UHGV virus genome: UHGV-0304279
Source: a virus
Reading direction: 5' to 3' (one strand)
DNA length: 53,351 bases
Positions 36,170-45,497 of the stretch are shown in pieces. A program made the translations under genes and the position numbers. The notes beneath the pieces were generated by a model that did no database searches, was not told where the DNA came from, and saw nothing but the letters and a program-made list of their open reading frames with translations. Position 1 is the stretch's first letter. Each line of letters starts with the position of its first letter.

Positions 36170-36712
36170 ATGGCTAAGGCTAAAGGCATTAAGTTGCCTC
36201 ACTTCAAGATCCCGCTCTTTGAGCATACCACTGTTTTCTTTTGCCCGACCCGCGAGATGTTCTATGAATTTTGCGAAAAGGCAGGAATTCCAATTGAACC
36301 TGATTTCGAACTGGCAGGCGGCCTGACACTCACTTGCACTGGTGAGAAAGGCGGTAACTTCTACGTGATCGCAGTGTTCGACAATGAGTTAGGAACGCTG
36401 GTGCATGAAGCGGCGCACACTACGTTTCACGTATTAAGTGATGTAGGTGTCGTGGCTACCACGGATCCTACCCATCCGGCGAATGAGACTTACGCTTACA
36501 TGGTAGGCCGTATCTTCGATGTATTTTTCCCTATCCTGACAGAATCAAACGAAGCACAGGTTGCAGAAATGCAGGCAGCAGAAGTCGTCGATCAGGCACT
36601 GGAGCAAACAGAACAGCCGAAGGAAGAAGAAAAACCCGCGAAGAAAGGCAAACGTAAGCCGAAGTCAAAAGAGGCATATGTACCGCGTGTAATGAGCTTT
36701 AAGCGAGGCTGA
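36170..36712 (+). CDS. hypothetical protein with HExxH zinc-metallopeptidase-like motif
   Basis: LVHEAAHTTFH with a downstream Glu (NETYAYM); Lys-rich C-terminal tail. Confidence 0.45.
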   Translation: MAKAKGIKLPHFKIPLFEHTTVFFCPTREMFYEFCEKAGIPIEPDFELAGGLTLTCTGEKGGNFYVIAVFDNELGTLVHEAAHTTFHVLSDVGVVATTDPTHPANETYAYMVGRIFDVFFPILTESNEAQVAEMQAAEVVDQALEQTEQPKEEEKPAKKGKRKPKSKEAYVPRVMSFKRG

Positions 36713-36714
36713 TT

Positions 36715-36810
36715 ATGGATGAATGCATCATCGCCGGATTAATTGGTATTTCTGTATTTCTGGTGAGTTTTATTATTGCCGTGCTGATAACCGTAAAGAG
36801 TAAATTATGA
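36715..36810 (+). CDS. mini-gene 1 of tandem array: hydrophobic peptide (31 aa)
   Basis: MDECIIAGLIGISVFLVSFIIAVLITVKSKL; RBS GAGG. Confidence 0.45.
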   Translation: MDECIIAGLIGISVFLVSFIIAVLITVKSKL

Positions 36811-36881
36811 ACACATACGATCTCATCTGGTTATTGGTGCTCATCGTAGGTATTTGTGTGAACATTTACAGGCTATGGTGA
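36807..36881 (+). CDS. mini-gene 2: hydrophobic peptide (24 aa)
   Basis: MNTYDLIWLLVLIVGICVNIYRLW; ATGA overlap with the upstream stop. Confidence 0.45.
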   Translation: MNTYDLIWLLVLIVGICVNIYRLW

Positions 36882-36885
36882 AAAT

Positions 36886-36960
36886 ATGATTGACCCGCTT
36901 ATTATCCTTTCTGCCTGCGTCGCTGTATGGCTGGCGATCATGATATTCATTGAAAGCTAA
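36886..36960 (+). CDS. mini-gene 3: hydrophobic peptide (24 aa)
   Basis: MIDPLIILSACVAVWLAIMIFIES; RBS GGTGA. Confidence 0.45.
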   Translation: MIDPLIILSACVAVWLAIMIFIES

Positions 36961-36970
36961 AGGCATCAAC

Positions 36971-37045
36971 ATGAATATTTACGATCTCATCTGGTGGTCA
37001 TTGGTCGCCGTCATTATCTATTTCTGGTGGAAGAATGTTGTATAG
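36971..37045 (+). CDS. mini-gene 4: hydrophobic peptide (24 aa)
   Basis: MNIYDLIWWSLVAVIIYFWWKNVV; RBS AAGG. Confidence 0.45.
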   Translation: MNIYDLIWWSLVAVIIYFWWKNVV

Positions 37046-37053
37046 GTGAAAGC

Positions 37054-37134
37054 ATGAACGCATACGAAATGCTATTGCTGGTGGCTGTAGTTGTAGTTAT
37101 TGCCGTGGATGTATACCGGGAGATTAAAAAATGA
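37054..37134 (+). CDS. mini-gene 5: hydrophobic peptide (26 aa)
   Basis: MNAYEMLLLVAVVVVIAVDVYREIKK; RBS GGTGA. Confidence 0.45.
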   Translation: MNAYEMLLLVAVVVVIAVDVYREIKK

Positions 37135-37199
37135 AATGGCTTGATTTCTTTTTCCTGATCGTTGCGATTGTTATTACCATGACTGCGCTAACTCAATAG
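37131..37199 (+). CDS. mini-gene 6: hydrophobic peptide (22 aa)
   Basis: MKWLDFFFLIVAIVITMTALTQ; ATGA overlap. Confidence 0.45.
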   Translation: MKWLDFFFLIVAIVITMTALTQ

Positions 37200-37207
37200 G
37201 TGAGCGA

Positions 37208-37282
37208 ATGAACGCTATTGATATTATGTTGATCGTGTGTACCGTTGCGTTATTTATTGTCGGAGTGATTATCAATGTCTGA
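37208..37282 (+). CDS. mini-gene 7: hydrophobic peptide (24 aa)
   Basis: MNAIDIMLIVCTVALFIVGVIINV; RBS GGTGAG. Confidence 0.45.
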   Translation: MNAIDIMLIVCTVALFIVGVIINV

Positions 37283-37343
37283 CAGCGATTTTTTAATCAT
37301 GGCTACATGCACGTTGTTAGTAGTTATCGTTTTCTTCGCATAA
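37275..37343 (+). CDS. mini-gene 8: hydrophobic peptide (22 aa)
   Basis: MSDSDFLIMATCTLLVVIVFFA; RBS GGAG. Confidence 0.45.
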   Translation: MSDSDFLIMATCTLLVVIVFFA

Positions 37344-37353
37344 AGGTTAAGCA

Positions 37354-37437
37354 ATGAAAGAGCTATTTGACTGGTTGGAAGTATTAACATACTGCGCAAG
37401 TTTTGTTGCTTGCGTATATATCATCAATAAATATTGA
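37354..37437 (+). CDS. mini-gene 9: hydrophobic peptide (27 aa)
   Basis: MKELFDWLEVLTYCASFVACVYIINKY; RBS AAGG. Confidence 0.45.
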   Translation: MKELFDWLEVLTYCASFVACVYIINKY

Positions 37438-37447
37438 GAGGTGAATT

Positions 37448-37933
37448 ATGGCCCGCACTAAAAATGCAAAAGCTGACGACAAAAAGCCAGCCGCTAAAAA
37501 GGTGGGCCGTCCGCATGGTTATACCGAAGAAAAAGCGTTAGAGATCTGCGAACTGGTAGCGGACGGTCAGAGCGTTAATAAAATATCGAAAATGCCCGGT
37601 ATGCCTACCCGCACCACGATCTTAAAATGGTTTCGTGATGTGCCTGAATTTTCTGTCATGTACGCGCGCGCGAAAGAAATCGGCTTTGAGGTATTGGCTG
37701 ATGAAATCATCGACATAGCTGATGATGCTAAAAACGCTGATAAAGACCAATTGCGCCGACACCAACTGATGATTGAAACCCGCAAGTGGCTACTGGCAAA
37801 ACTCCAGCCGCGCAAATACGGCGAACGCGTTACACAGGAGATTGTAGGTAACAAGGAAGAAGCACCAGTACAGGTTGCAGTCACAAAAGAGGAGATTGCT
37901 CGCATCGTCCAGGAAGTAGAAGACGAGGTGTGA
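37448..37933 (+). CDS. terminase small subunit
   Basis: HTH-containing N-terminus (GRPHGYTEEKALEICELVADGQSVNKI), position directly upstream of the large terminase; RBS GAGAGGTG. Confidence 0.75.
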   Translation: MARTKNAKADDKKPAAKKVGRPHGYTEEKALEICELVADGQSVNKISKMPGMPTRTTILKWFRDVPEFSVMYARAKEIGFEVLADEIIDIADDAKNADKDQLRRHQLMIETRKWLLAKLQPRKYGERVTQEIVGNKEEAPVQVAVTKEEIARIVQEVEDEV

Positions 37934-37935
37934 TT

Positions 37936-39414
37936 ATGTTGTCAATCAAAGAAAGGGTTATTCAATCCAAATGCGAAAACGATGGCCTGTTCTTCAACCG
38001 TTATTTCTATAAGCAGGCAAACGGCACGAAGATGCTGATATCGGGCCATCACATAGCCATACGCGATGCGCTACAACGCGTTATCAATGGTGAGATTACC
38101 CGCCTCATCATTAACATTCCCCCAGGGTACGGTAAAACCATGATCGCAACCATCAACATGATGGCCCGGTCCCTCGCAATAAATCCCCGCACACGCTTCC
38201 TTCATGTTTCCTATTCCGACAATCTTGCGTTACTCAATTCCTCGACAGTCAGAAGCATGGTTTGTTCGCAGGAATACCAGAAGCTATGGCCCATGAAGAT
38301 CCGCAACGATGCCAACTCTAAATCAATGTGGTGGACGGAACAGGGCGGCGGGATATATGCCGCGTCGTCACACGGTCAGATTACGGGTTTTCGTGCTGGT
38401 TACATGGAGCCGGGCTTCAACGGCGCGATGATTATCGACGACCCATTAAAGCCCGCTGACGCTTACTCTGATGTGATGCGGGATAAGGTAAAGAACAACT
38501 ACAACGACACGCTTGCTTCACGTCTGGCAGTGCAAACAACGCCAGTGATCGTCATTATGCAGCGTATCCACTACGATGATTTGTCCGGCTATCTGCTACG
38601 CGGTGGCAGTGGTGAGAAATGGTATCACCTTAACCTGCCAGTGAAGATTGATAACAGCATCGACTATTGGGATCTGTACCCGGAAAACGAATTCGCTATC
38701 CCTATTGCTCACAACCTGCCGGACGGCTGGCTATGGCCTAAGAAGCACAATGACAGCCATGAAGCTGGACTAAAGGCACACCGCAGGTCATTTGAAGCCC
38801 AATATATGCAGCGCCCGCGTAAATTCGACGAAGAAGGCGCATTGTGGACGGAAGCGATGATTACCGCCGCGCACCGGATGCAGATAACTCAGGATAAGGT
38901 CCGCACGGTAATAGCCATCGACCCGGCGACAACATCATCTGATGAATCTGACGAAACCGGGATCATGGCATGTTCCGCTTATGGTGGCGGCAAGTACGCA
39001 CAGTATTCAGTAGATGGTGACTACTCAGGCCGAATGTCTCCTAACGATTGGGCGCAAGCCTCAATTAACGCTTACAACATCCATGAAGCTGACGCGATAG
39101 TTATCGAAACCAACCAGGGCGGCGAAATGGCAGAGGCCACGTTGCGTAATGCCGGATTCAAAGGCCGCATTGTTAAGGTGCACGCAAGCAAAGGTAAATT
39201 CGCCCGCGCCGAGCCAATATCGGCACTGTATGCACAGGGAAGAGTAGCCCACACTGGCAGCCTGTACACGCTGGAAAATCAAATGATGGAATACGTGCCA
39301 GCTACCGCTAAAAAATCACCTGACCGCCTCGACGCGATGGTATGGGGTATCACTGAATTAAGCCAGCCACAGGCTGTGGGCCTCATGTTACCTAAGCGCC
39401 TGCGCGGATTTTAA
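37936..39414 (+). CDS. terminase large subunit
   Basis: Walker A-like PPGYGKT, ATPase plus RNaseH-like nuclease architecture; size and position. Confidence 0.85.
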   Translation: MLSIKERVIQSKCENDGLFFNRYFYKQANGTKMLISGHHIAIRDALQRVINGEITRLIINIPPGYGKTMIATINMMARSLAINPRTRFLHVSYSDNLALLNSSTVRSMVCSQEYQKLWPMKIRNDANSKSMWWTEQGGGIYAASSHGQITGFRAGYMEPGFNGAMIIDDPLKPADAYSDVMRDKVKNNYNDTLASRLAVQTTPVIVIMQRIHYDDLSGYLLRGGSGEKWYHLNLPVKIDNSIDYWDLYPENEFAIPIAHNLPDGWLWPKKHNDSHEAGLKAHRRSFEAQYMQRPRKFDEEGALWTEAMITAAHRMQITQDKVRTVIAIDPATTSSDESDETGIMACSAYGGGKYAQYSVDGDYSGRMSPNDWAQASINAYNIHEADAIVIETNQGGEMAEATLRNAGFKGRIVKVHASKGKFARAEPISALYAQGRVAHTGSLYTLENQMMEYVPATAKKSPDRLDAMVWGITELSQPQAVGLMLPKRLRGF

Positions 39415-39492
39415 AAACCATCTCACAATCCCCCATAAGTTTTTCCATTTTTCGCGTAGCAACGCGTAAACATGTATTCAGGAGTAAACATT

Positions 39493-40866
39493 ATGCCATC
39501 CAATTTAGAATTGGCGGTTAATGCTGCCTTGTCACAACGCCAGGCGGCCTTTGCCCGCTATGCAGCCGCTAACCCATTCTCAATGGGTATTGATGCAAAA
39601 CGTGATGCTGCGTGGAGTGAATACGGATTCAAAGAAGAAATCACCTATGACGATTTATACAAACTGTATCGTCGCGGTGGTATCGCTCACGGTGCTATTG
39701 AGAAGATCATCACTACGTGCTGGCGCACCAGGCCAACGCTGATCGAAGGTACGGAAGACGAGAAAGCAGAAAAGGAAACGCCGTGGGAAAGAGAAATCAA
39801 AAAACGATTTGATAATCGTTTCTGGCGCGTCATAGCTGAATGCGATCGCCGCCGCCTCATTGGTCGTTATGCTGGCCTGTTAATTCACGTCAGGGATAAC
39901 CAGTCGTGGGATCAGCCAGTGACGAAAGGTGTAGGCATTGCCAAATTTACCCCTGTATGGGCTGGTGCTCTTACACCGAAGGACTTCGAAGAAAACCCGG
40001 ATAATGAAAACTATGGCCTGCCGACATGGTGGGAATACAAGGAGCGCATTAACAGTAAGACCATAGCAAGAAAGATACATCCCGATCGCATATTTATCTT
40101 CGGTGATTATTCTGATGATGCCATCGCTTTCCTTGAGCCGTCCTATAACGCATTCGTTTCGCTGGAGAAAGTGGAAGGCGGTAGCGGTGAGTCATTCCTG
40201 AAAAACGCCGCGCGTCAACTGGCTATCTCGTTCGATAAAGAAATTGATTTCCGTTCCCTGGCTGCAACATACGGTTGCGACGTTACAGAGCTACGCGAAA
40301 AATTCAATGAGGCGGCAGAGGATATAAACAAGGGCAATGATGTGATGATGGCATTGCAGGGAGCTACCGTTAGCCCGCTGGTCACTGCCGTAGCCGATCC
40401 GTCCGCTACCTATGACGTCAACCTGCAAACCGCCGCCGCTGGCATCGACATTCCAACGCGTATCCTAGTTGGGAATCAGCAGGGTGAGCGTGCATCAACC
40501 GAAGACCTCCGCTACTTCAACAACCGCTGTATGACCCGCCGGGAGGAAATCGGAGGCGAGCTTGAGGAGTTATTCCGCAAGATGGCAGACCTTCGCCTTA
40601 TCAGTATGCCAGTCGATGTGTCGGTACTGTGGGACGACCTTAACGCCATGACGAAAGCCGAGCTACTCGACGCGGCATACAAAATGGCACAAATCAATCA
40701 GGCATGTCTCGCTACTGGTGAACAGGTATTTGACGGTGACGAGATCCGCGAAGCTGCCGGATATGAAGGGCCAACGCAGGAAGTAGAACTGGACGACGAG
40801 GAAAACGATAATGAAGGTGAAGAAAATAATCAGGCGAATACCTCCAGCCGCGATAATGCCATCTAA
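39493..40866 (+). CDS. portal protein
   Basis: About 458 aa directly after the large terminase, acidic C-terminus; RBS AGGAG. Confidence 0.75.
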   Translation: MPSNLELAVNAALSQRQAAFARYAAANPFSMGIDAKRDAAWSEYGFKEEITYDDLYKLYRRGGIAHGAIEKIITTCWRTRPTLIEGTEDEKAEKETPWEREIKKRFDNRFWRVIAECDRRRLIGRYAGLLIHVRDNQSWDQPVTKGVGIAKFTPVWAGALTPKDFEENPDNENYGLPTWWEYKERINSKTIARKIHPDRIFIFGDYSDDAIAFLEPSYNAFVSLEKVEGGSGESFLKNAARQLAISFDKEIDFRSLAATYGCDVTELREKFNEAAEDINKGNDVMMALQGATVSPLVTAVADPSATYDVNLQTAAAGIDIPTRILVGNQQGERASTEDLRYFNNRCMTRREEIGGELEELFRKMADLRLISMPVDVSVLWDDLNAMTKAELLDAAYKMAQINQACLATGEQVFDGDEIREAAGYEGPTQEVELDDEENDNEGEENNQANTSSRDNAI

Positions 40867-41752
40867 CACCGAAGATCCGACCATGACAGGGAAGTTACGA
40901 TCGGGGGCTATTAAGCGTTTCAAATCCTGCCTGAATAAAATAGCCGATCCATATCTCGCCATACTTGACAGAATACAATATAGCCTGGCTGTTAATAAGA
41001 AATACACCTTTCAGATTTACATGGATGAACTGCATGACATGCTGGAGGACGCCAGCGACATGATTGATGAGATATTCGAACTGACAGACCCGGAAAACTT
41101 CTGGTTTTGGCAGAATTACGTGAAGGTGGCTTATCAGCGCGGCACGGCACAGGAATATGCCAACCTCGCTAACCAGTCTGTCACGTACTCAAGCGCCTAT
41201 CCTGATGTGTCTGCCGTGCTATCCAGCACAACTTACCGCACACGCCTTGCCCTTGTCCGTACCCGTGTATTTGAGGAAATGCGCGGGCTGACCGCACAGA
41301 TCAAAAAGGATATGGCCCGGCGATTAACCGAAGGTATGGCCCGTGGTTTAAATCCACTGGAAATAGCGCGCACATTGAATCAGGAAACGCAATTACCTCT
41401 ATACAGATGCAAACGTATTGCCCGAACTGAAATATGCACAGCGTTACGCACAGCGCGTATGGATGAGGCAGAAGCGGCGACAGAGGAATTTAATCTCCGC
41501 ACTATGCAAATGCACATTTCGGCATTATCACCGACTACCAGGCTGTCACACGCTCAGAGGCACGGGAAAACATACACCATAGATGAGCAGCGAGAATGGT
41601 GGAGTAGATCCCCTAATTCTATTAACTGCAAATGCACCACGATTACCGTATTAGTTGACGAAGACGGTAATATATTAAACGAACGAATATTAGATCGGGC
41701 GCAAGAAAACTATAAGGTTGCGCACTCTAAATATGGCGAAGATTGGGAGTAA
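40811..41752 (+). CDS. head morphogenesis protein (Mu F / SPP1 gp7-like minor head protein)
   Basis: Conserved central region typical of the family; start uncertain (40811 with RBS GAGGAA, overlapping the portal 3' end). Confidence 0.65.
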   Translation: MKVKKIIRRIPPAAIMPSNTEDPTMTGKLRSGAIKRFKSCLNKIADPYLAILDRIQYSLAVNKKYTFQIYMDELHDMLEDASDMIDEIFELTDPENFWFWQNYVKVAYQRGTAQEYANLANQSVTYSSAYPDVSAVLSSTTYRTRLALVRTRVFEEMRGLTAQIKKDMARRLTEGMARGLNPLEIARTLNQETQLPLYRCKRIARTEICTALRTARMDEAEAATEEFNLRTMQMHISALSPTTRLSHAQRHGKTYTIDEQREWWSRSPNSINCKCTTITVLVDEDGNILNERILDRAQENYKVAHSKYGEDWE

Positions 41753-41757
41753 AAACC

Positions 41758-43026
41758 GTGAGTAAAGAATTAATTCAGGTTAATACCAAATTAACCGCTA
41801 ATACCATACGCCGGGAAACTTATAACGGACGCGAGCACATTGTTGTGCCATCATATACGCTGCCATTCAATATCGTTATGAATCGTGAGTATTACCCGGA
41901 AGCTGAAATTATTGCTAATTATCAGTCGCTGGAGGGTACACTTGCCCCGCTGGGCCATCCAACCGTAGACGGTAAGTTTGTTTCCGCATTTAGCCCGGAA
42001 GGATTGAACACCGGGTTTTGTGGAGCGTGGAACAGAAACGTTGAATTACGCGGCAATCGTGTTTATGTGGAAAAATGGGTGGATATTGAAACAGCCAGCC
42101 ATTCAGAACAGGGGCGCGAATTATTAACCCGACTGGAAGCACTGGAGAAAGGAGAAAGCAAAGATCCTATCTGGTCGTCCGTCGCTGTATATCGCCAGCG
42201 TATGCCAGCCACCGAAGAAATGAAAGCCCAGGGCGCTGACCATGTAGTGAAAATCATGTCGATCGACCATGATGCTATTTTGCTGCATGAGCCACCAGCC
42301 GCATCACCGGAACAAGGTGTAGGCCTGATGGTTAATACTGATCAGGCCAAGCCGTTAATGGCGGTGGCAATGAAAGAAAACAGCTACCGCACGCTTGAGA
42401 AACAATTAACCGACGCGGCGCGGGAATTATTCCCTGACGCTGATTATGTGTATGTGGTGGACTTCACTGATAAAGAAGTGACGATCGCCACTAATACCGA
42501 AAGTGCTCAAGTTTGCGCATATGAAAAACAGGCTGATAAAATTATTCTCAATAATGGCGAGCTTACAACCAACGAGGAAAGTAAATCCTGGTTTACTCAG
42601 TTCGCTGAACACCTTTCTAATCTTTTCTCACTGAATGAAAAAATTAAGGCCAATAAATCGGAGGACGATCCCATGCCTTTGACCAAAGAAGAACGCGCCG
42701 AACTGGTAAAAGAAATTAACGAAGGCTTATCCGCCAATATCGCTAATGCAGTAGCAGAGGCATTAAAACCAGTGCAGGCAAGCGTGGAAGAATTACAGAC
42801 CAACCAGAAAGCAATTAAAGAAGAAATTGCAGCAAACGCAAATAAAGAAGAAGCAGAAAAACGCGCCGCAGTTGCGAAAGTACACGGCGAAATTGTTGCT
42901 AACGCATTAAGCGGTGATGCGCTCGATGCAATGTTTAAATCCCTGGGCAAAGCAGCGCCGATGGCTACCAACGCAGCAAACGAAGGTAAAAAAGGCGAAG
43001 TCCCGGACTTTAACACCTATTTCTAA
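41758..43026 (+). CDS. putative capsid scaffolding/maturation protein
   Basis: Between morphogenesis and capsid genes; Ala/Glu/Lys-rich helical C-terminal half; GTG start with RBS GGGAG. Confidence 0.5.
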   Translation: MSKELIQVNTKLTANTIRRETYNGREHIVVPSYTLPFNIVMNREYYPEAEIIANYQSLEGTLAPLGHPTVDGKFVSAFSPEGLNTGFCGAWNRNVELRGNRVYVEKWVDIETASHSEQGRELLTRLEALEKGESKDPIWSSVAVYRQRMPATEEMKAQGADHVVKIMSIDHDAILLHEPPAASPEQGVGLMVNTDQAKPLMAVAMKENSYRTLEKQLTDAARELFPDADYVYVVDFTDKEVTIATNTESAQVCAYEKQADKIILNNGELTTNEESKSWFTQFAEHLSNLFSLNEKIKANKSEDDPMPLTKEERAELVKEINEGLSANIANAVAEALKPVQASVEELQTNQKAIKEEIAANANKEEAEKRAAVAKVHGEIVANALSGDALDAMFKSLGKAAPMATNAANEGKKGEVPDFNTYF

Positions 43027-43042
43027 TTAAAAGGGGATCACA

Positions 43043-43423
43043 ATGTTTCGTTTTCGTCGTGTAAATATTGATGGTAAATCCATTACCGAAACCCGCCTCG
43101 CTGGTGCTGAATTAAAACCCGGCGAACTGGTGAAACTGGAAGGTGGCAAGTTTGTGAAGGCGGTGGATGGTGATGCTGGGGTTGCTCGCTTGTATATCGT
43201 TAACCCTGCATTCCATGAAGGCAAAACCATTGCCGATGCAATCGCGCAAGGTGAAACCGTTGTTGCTGACTACGTGGAAGAAGGTCGCGAGTTTGCTTAT
43301 CGCGCGGCGGCGGCTACCTACACCAAAGACCAGGCCATCAAGCTGGGTGAAGTAACCGTTGCATACTGCCAGGAAGATGTAACCCTGGACGCAGAAGACT
43401 TTATTCGCGTTCGCGTCGCTTAA
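43043..43423 (+). CDS. putative head decoration / structural protein
   Basis: 126 aa directly upstream of the major capsid gene; RBS AAAGGGG. Confidence 0.5.
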   Translation: MFRFRRVNIDGKSITETRLAGAELKPGELVKLEGGKFVKAVDGDAGVARLYIVNPAFHEGKTIADAIAQGETVVADYVEEGREFAYRAAAATYTKDQAIKLGEVTVAYCQEDVTLDAEDFIRVRVA

Positions 43424-43440
43424 TTTAAAAGGGGAATAAC

Positions 43441-44493
43441 ATGTACTTTACAAAACAAAATTTAGCCACAAACAGCCGGATGCAGGCGCACTGGAACGAA
43501 CTGTGGGCGCAACGCAACATCTTCAACGATCAGCATGACGCTATGATTGCAGCAAACAAGGCAAACATGACCGCTGAAATGTTGGCCTGTAACGCCGTTG
43601 GCGGCTTCGCAAAAGAATTCTGGAAAGAAATTGATAACCAGATCATCGAACTGAACACCGAAGAAATCGGTATCGAGATCGTAAACGACCTGATGGGTGT
43701 GCAGACCGTATTACCAATCGGTAAAACGCTGAAAATGTACAACGTATCTGGCGACATCAACGATGAGGTCGTAATGTCTATGGATGGTCAAGCGCCACAC
43801 GGCTTTGATCACACCGAATACGGCAGCGATGGCGACCCGATCCCGATGTTCGCGGCTGGTTATGGTGTGAACTGGCGTTTAGCTCAAGGCCTGAACACTG
43901 TAGGCATCGACCTTGCCCTGGATAGCCAGCGCCTGAAACTGAAACAATTCAACAAGGCGCGCGTTAAATTCTATCTGAACGGTAATGAAAACATCGTGGT
44001 AGATGGTCACAAAGCTATGGGTATTAAAAACCATAAAAACACTCAGCAGCTTACCCTCACCACCGACCTGACTACCGCAAAATTTGATGCGCTTATCGAC
44101 TTCTTTACCATTGGTGAGTTCGGCGTACTGGCCCGCAATAACTTCGTTGCAAAATATGATGTTATGTGGGTGTCTCCTGAAATTATGGCTAACCTGGCAC
44201 GTCCGCACATCGTTAACGGTGCTGTGGTTGGTAGCGTACTGCAAACTGTTATGCCGTTCGCCCCGGTTGGTGAAATTCGTCAGACCTTCGCACTGAAAGG
44301 TAATGAAATTATTGCTTATCAGCGCCGCCGTGACGTAATTTCCCCTCTGGTTGGTATGACTACTGGTGTAGTACCTCTGCCGCGCTTCATGCCGACTGAC
44401 AACTACAACTTCCGTATCATGTCCGCAGAAGGTTTACAGATCACCTGCGACATGTTAGGCCGTTCCGGTGTCGTTTACGGTAAAAAATCTTAA
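43441..44493 (+). CDS. major capsid protein
   Basis: 350 aa, position and composition; strong terminator downstream; RBS AAAGGGG. Confidence 0.75.
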   Translation: MYFTKQNLATNSRMQAHWNELWAQRNIFNDQHDAMIAANKANMTAEMLACNAVGGFAKEFWKEIDNQIIELNTEEIGIEIVNDLMGVQTVLPIGKTLKMYNVSGDINDEVVMSMDGQAPHGFDHTEYGSDGDPIPMFAAGYGVNWRLAQGLNTVGIDLALDSQRLKLKQFNKARVKFYLNGNENIVVDGHKAMGIKNHKNTQQLTLTTDLTTAKFDALIDFFTIGEFGVLARNNFVAKYDVMWVSPEIMANLARPHIVNGAVVGSVLQTVMPFAPVGEIRQTFALKGNEIIAYQRRRDVISPLVGMTTGVVPLPRFMPTDNYNFRIMSAEGLQITCDMLGRSGVVYGKKS

Positions 44494-44513
44494 TTAGAAA
44501 ATTTCCTGTAACT

Positions 44514-44541
44514 CCCCGGCGCAATGCCGGGGATTTTTTTT
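44514..44541 (+). terminator. rho-independent terminator after the capsid gene
   Basis: CCCCGGC-gcaat-GCCGGGG followed by a T-run. Confidence 0.8.
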
Positions 44542-44559
44542 GTATGTGGAGCAAACAAA

Positions 44560-44946
44560 ATGGTCACTACAGAACAGGCGCGGGAATATCTTGAAAGCCA
44601 GGGTATTGACCTGCCAGACATTATCTTATCTTTGCTGGTGGAGCAGGCAAACAGCGTTAATGAATGCCTTGATGCCAATTATCCGGCCTCCACTGCAACA
44701 TTAATTCAGCTTTATCTCATTGGCCTGTTAGGGCTAACCCAGGCTGATAAATACATTTCCTCACAGACAGGGCCGAACGGCGCAAGCCAGTCTTACCGCT
44801 ATGTCGATTTTAATAAAAGATGGAAGGCAGCTTGTTCTCTGCTTCGCTCAATTGATAAACATAATTGCACAGCCGAACTAATCCCGGCGGATCCCGAAGC
44901 CACCGCGCACGTCGGGCTGTGGATTGGTAAGAGCAGGAGGATGTAA
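44560..44946 (+). CDS. putative head-tail connector/adaptor protein
   Basis: Position only; RBS GTGGAG. Confidence 0.45.
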   Translation: MVTTEQAREYLESQGIDLPDIILSLLVEQANSVNECLDANYPASTATLIQLYLIGLLGLTQADKYISSQTGPNGASQSYRYVDFNKRWKAACSLLRSIDKHNCTAELIPADPEATAHVGLWIGKSRRM

Positions 44947-44948
44947 CA

Positions 44949-45134
44949 ATGTGGAACGACCTGACACTACCAAATCCAGTATTGCCGAAACTGTTTACCC
45001 GTGTGTGGGTAAAAACGGATACCGGACGCCAGGTGGCGGCCTACCTCAATGATGCTGGTGAATGGGTAATTCTTTGCCCGCGCGTGGCGAAAACACATCC
45101 CAAAATCATTAGCTGGAGTTACGGCTATGAGTAA
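44949..45134 (+). CDS. hypothetical structural protein
   Basis: RBS AGGAGG. Confidence 0.4.
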   Translation: MWNDLTLPNPVLPKLFTRVWVKTDTGRQVAAYLNDAGEWVILCPRVAKTHPKIISWSYGYE

Positions 45135-45495
45135 GATTACGCGATTCAGTTACAAGGCATTAGCCACCATCTACCCCGTAACGCATGACGACTGGACAAA
45201 CGCCGACGTATACGGTGCGCCATACCTGATTAATTGTGCGTGGGAGCGCACCGACGGCACGGCAACAGACACAAACGGCAATGAGGTTAGCAATACAATA
45301 ACCGTATTTACCGAACTGCTTCATAATATGCAGCCAGTGCAGCGCCCGGAAAAAGGTTGGATGATTGCCACTGGCGACACTACTGATATTTCCGACCCGC
45401 TGGCGGCTGGGGCCAACGTTATTATCGGGATCGTTGAATGGGATATGAGCATGTTTAACGACACGCCGGATTATAAGATCGTGACAGGGGGTTAA
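45127..45495 (+). CDS. putative head-tail joining protein
   Basis: Position only. Confidence 0.4.
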   Translation: MSKITRFSYKALATIYPVTHDDWTNADVYGAPYLINCAWERTDGTATDTNGNEVSNTITVFTELLHNMQPVQRPEKGWMIATGDTTDISDPLAAGANVIIGIVEWDMSMFNDTPDYKIVTGG

Positions 45496-45497
45496 TC

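Noticed and set aside
40811-40866. Possible annotation error at the portal / head-morphogenesis junction (56 nt overlap)
   Set aside because: Alternative downstream starts (40856, 40883) lack an RBS while 40811 has GAGGAA; kept as a genuine out-of-frame overlap, with the start flagged as uncertain.
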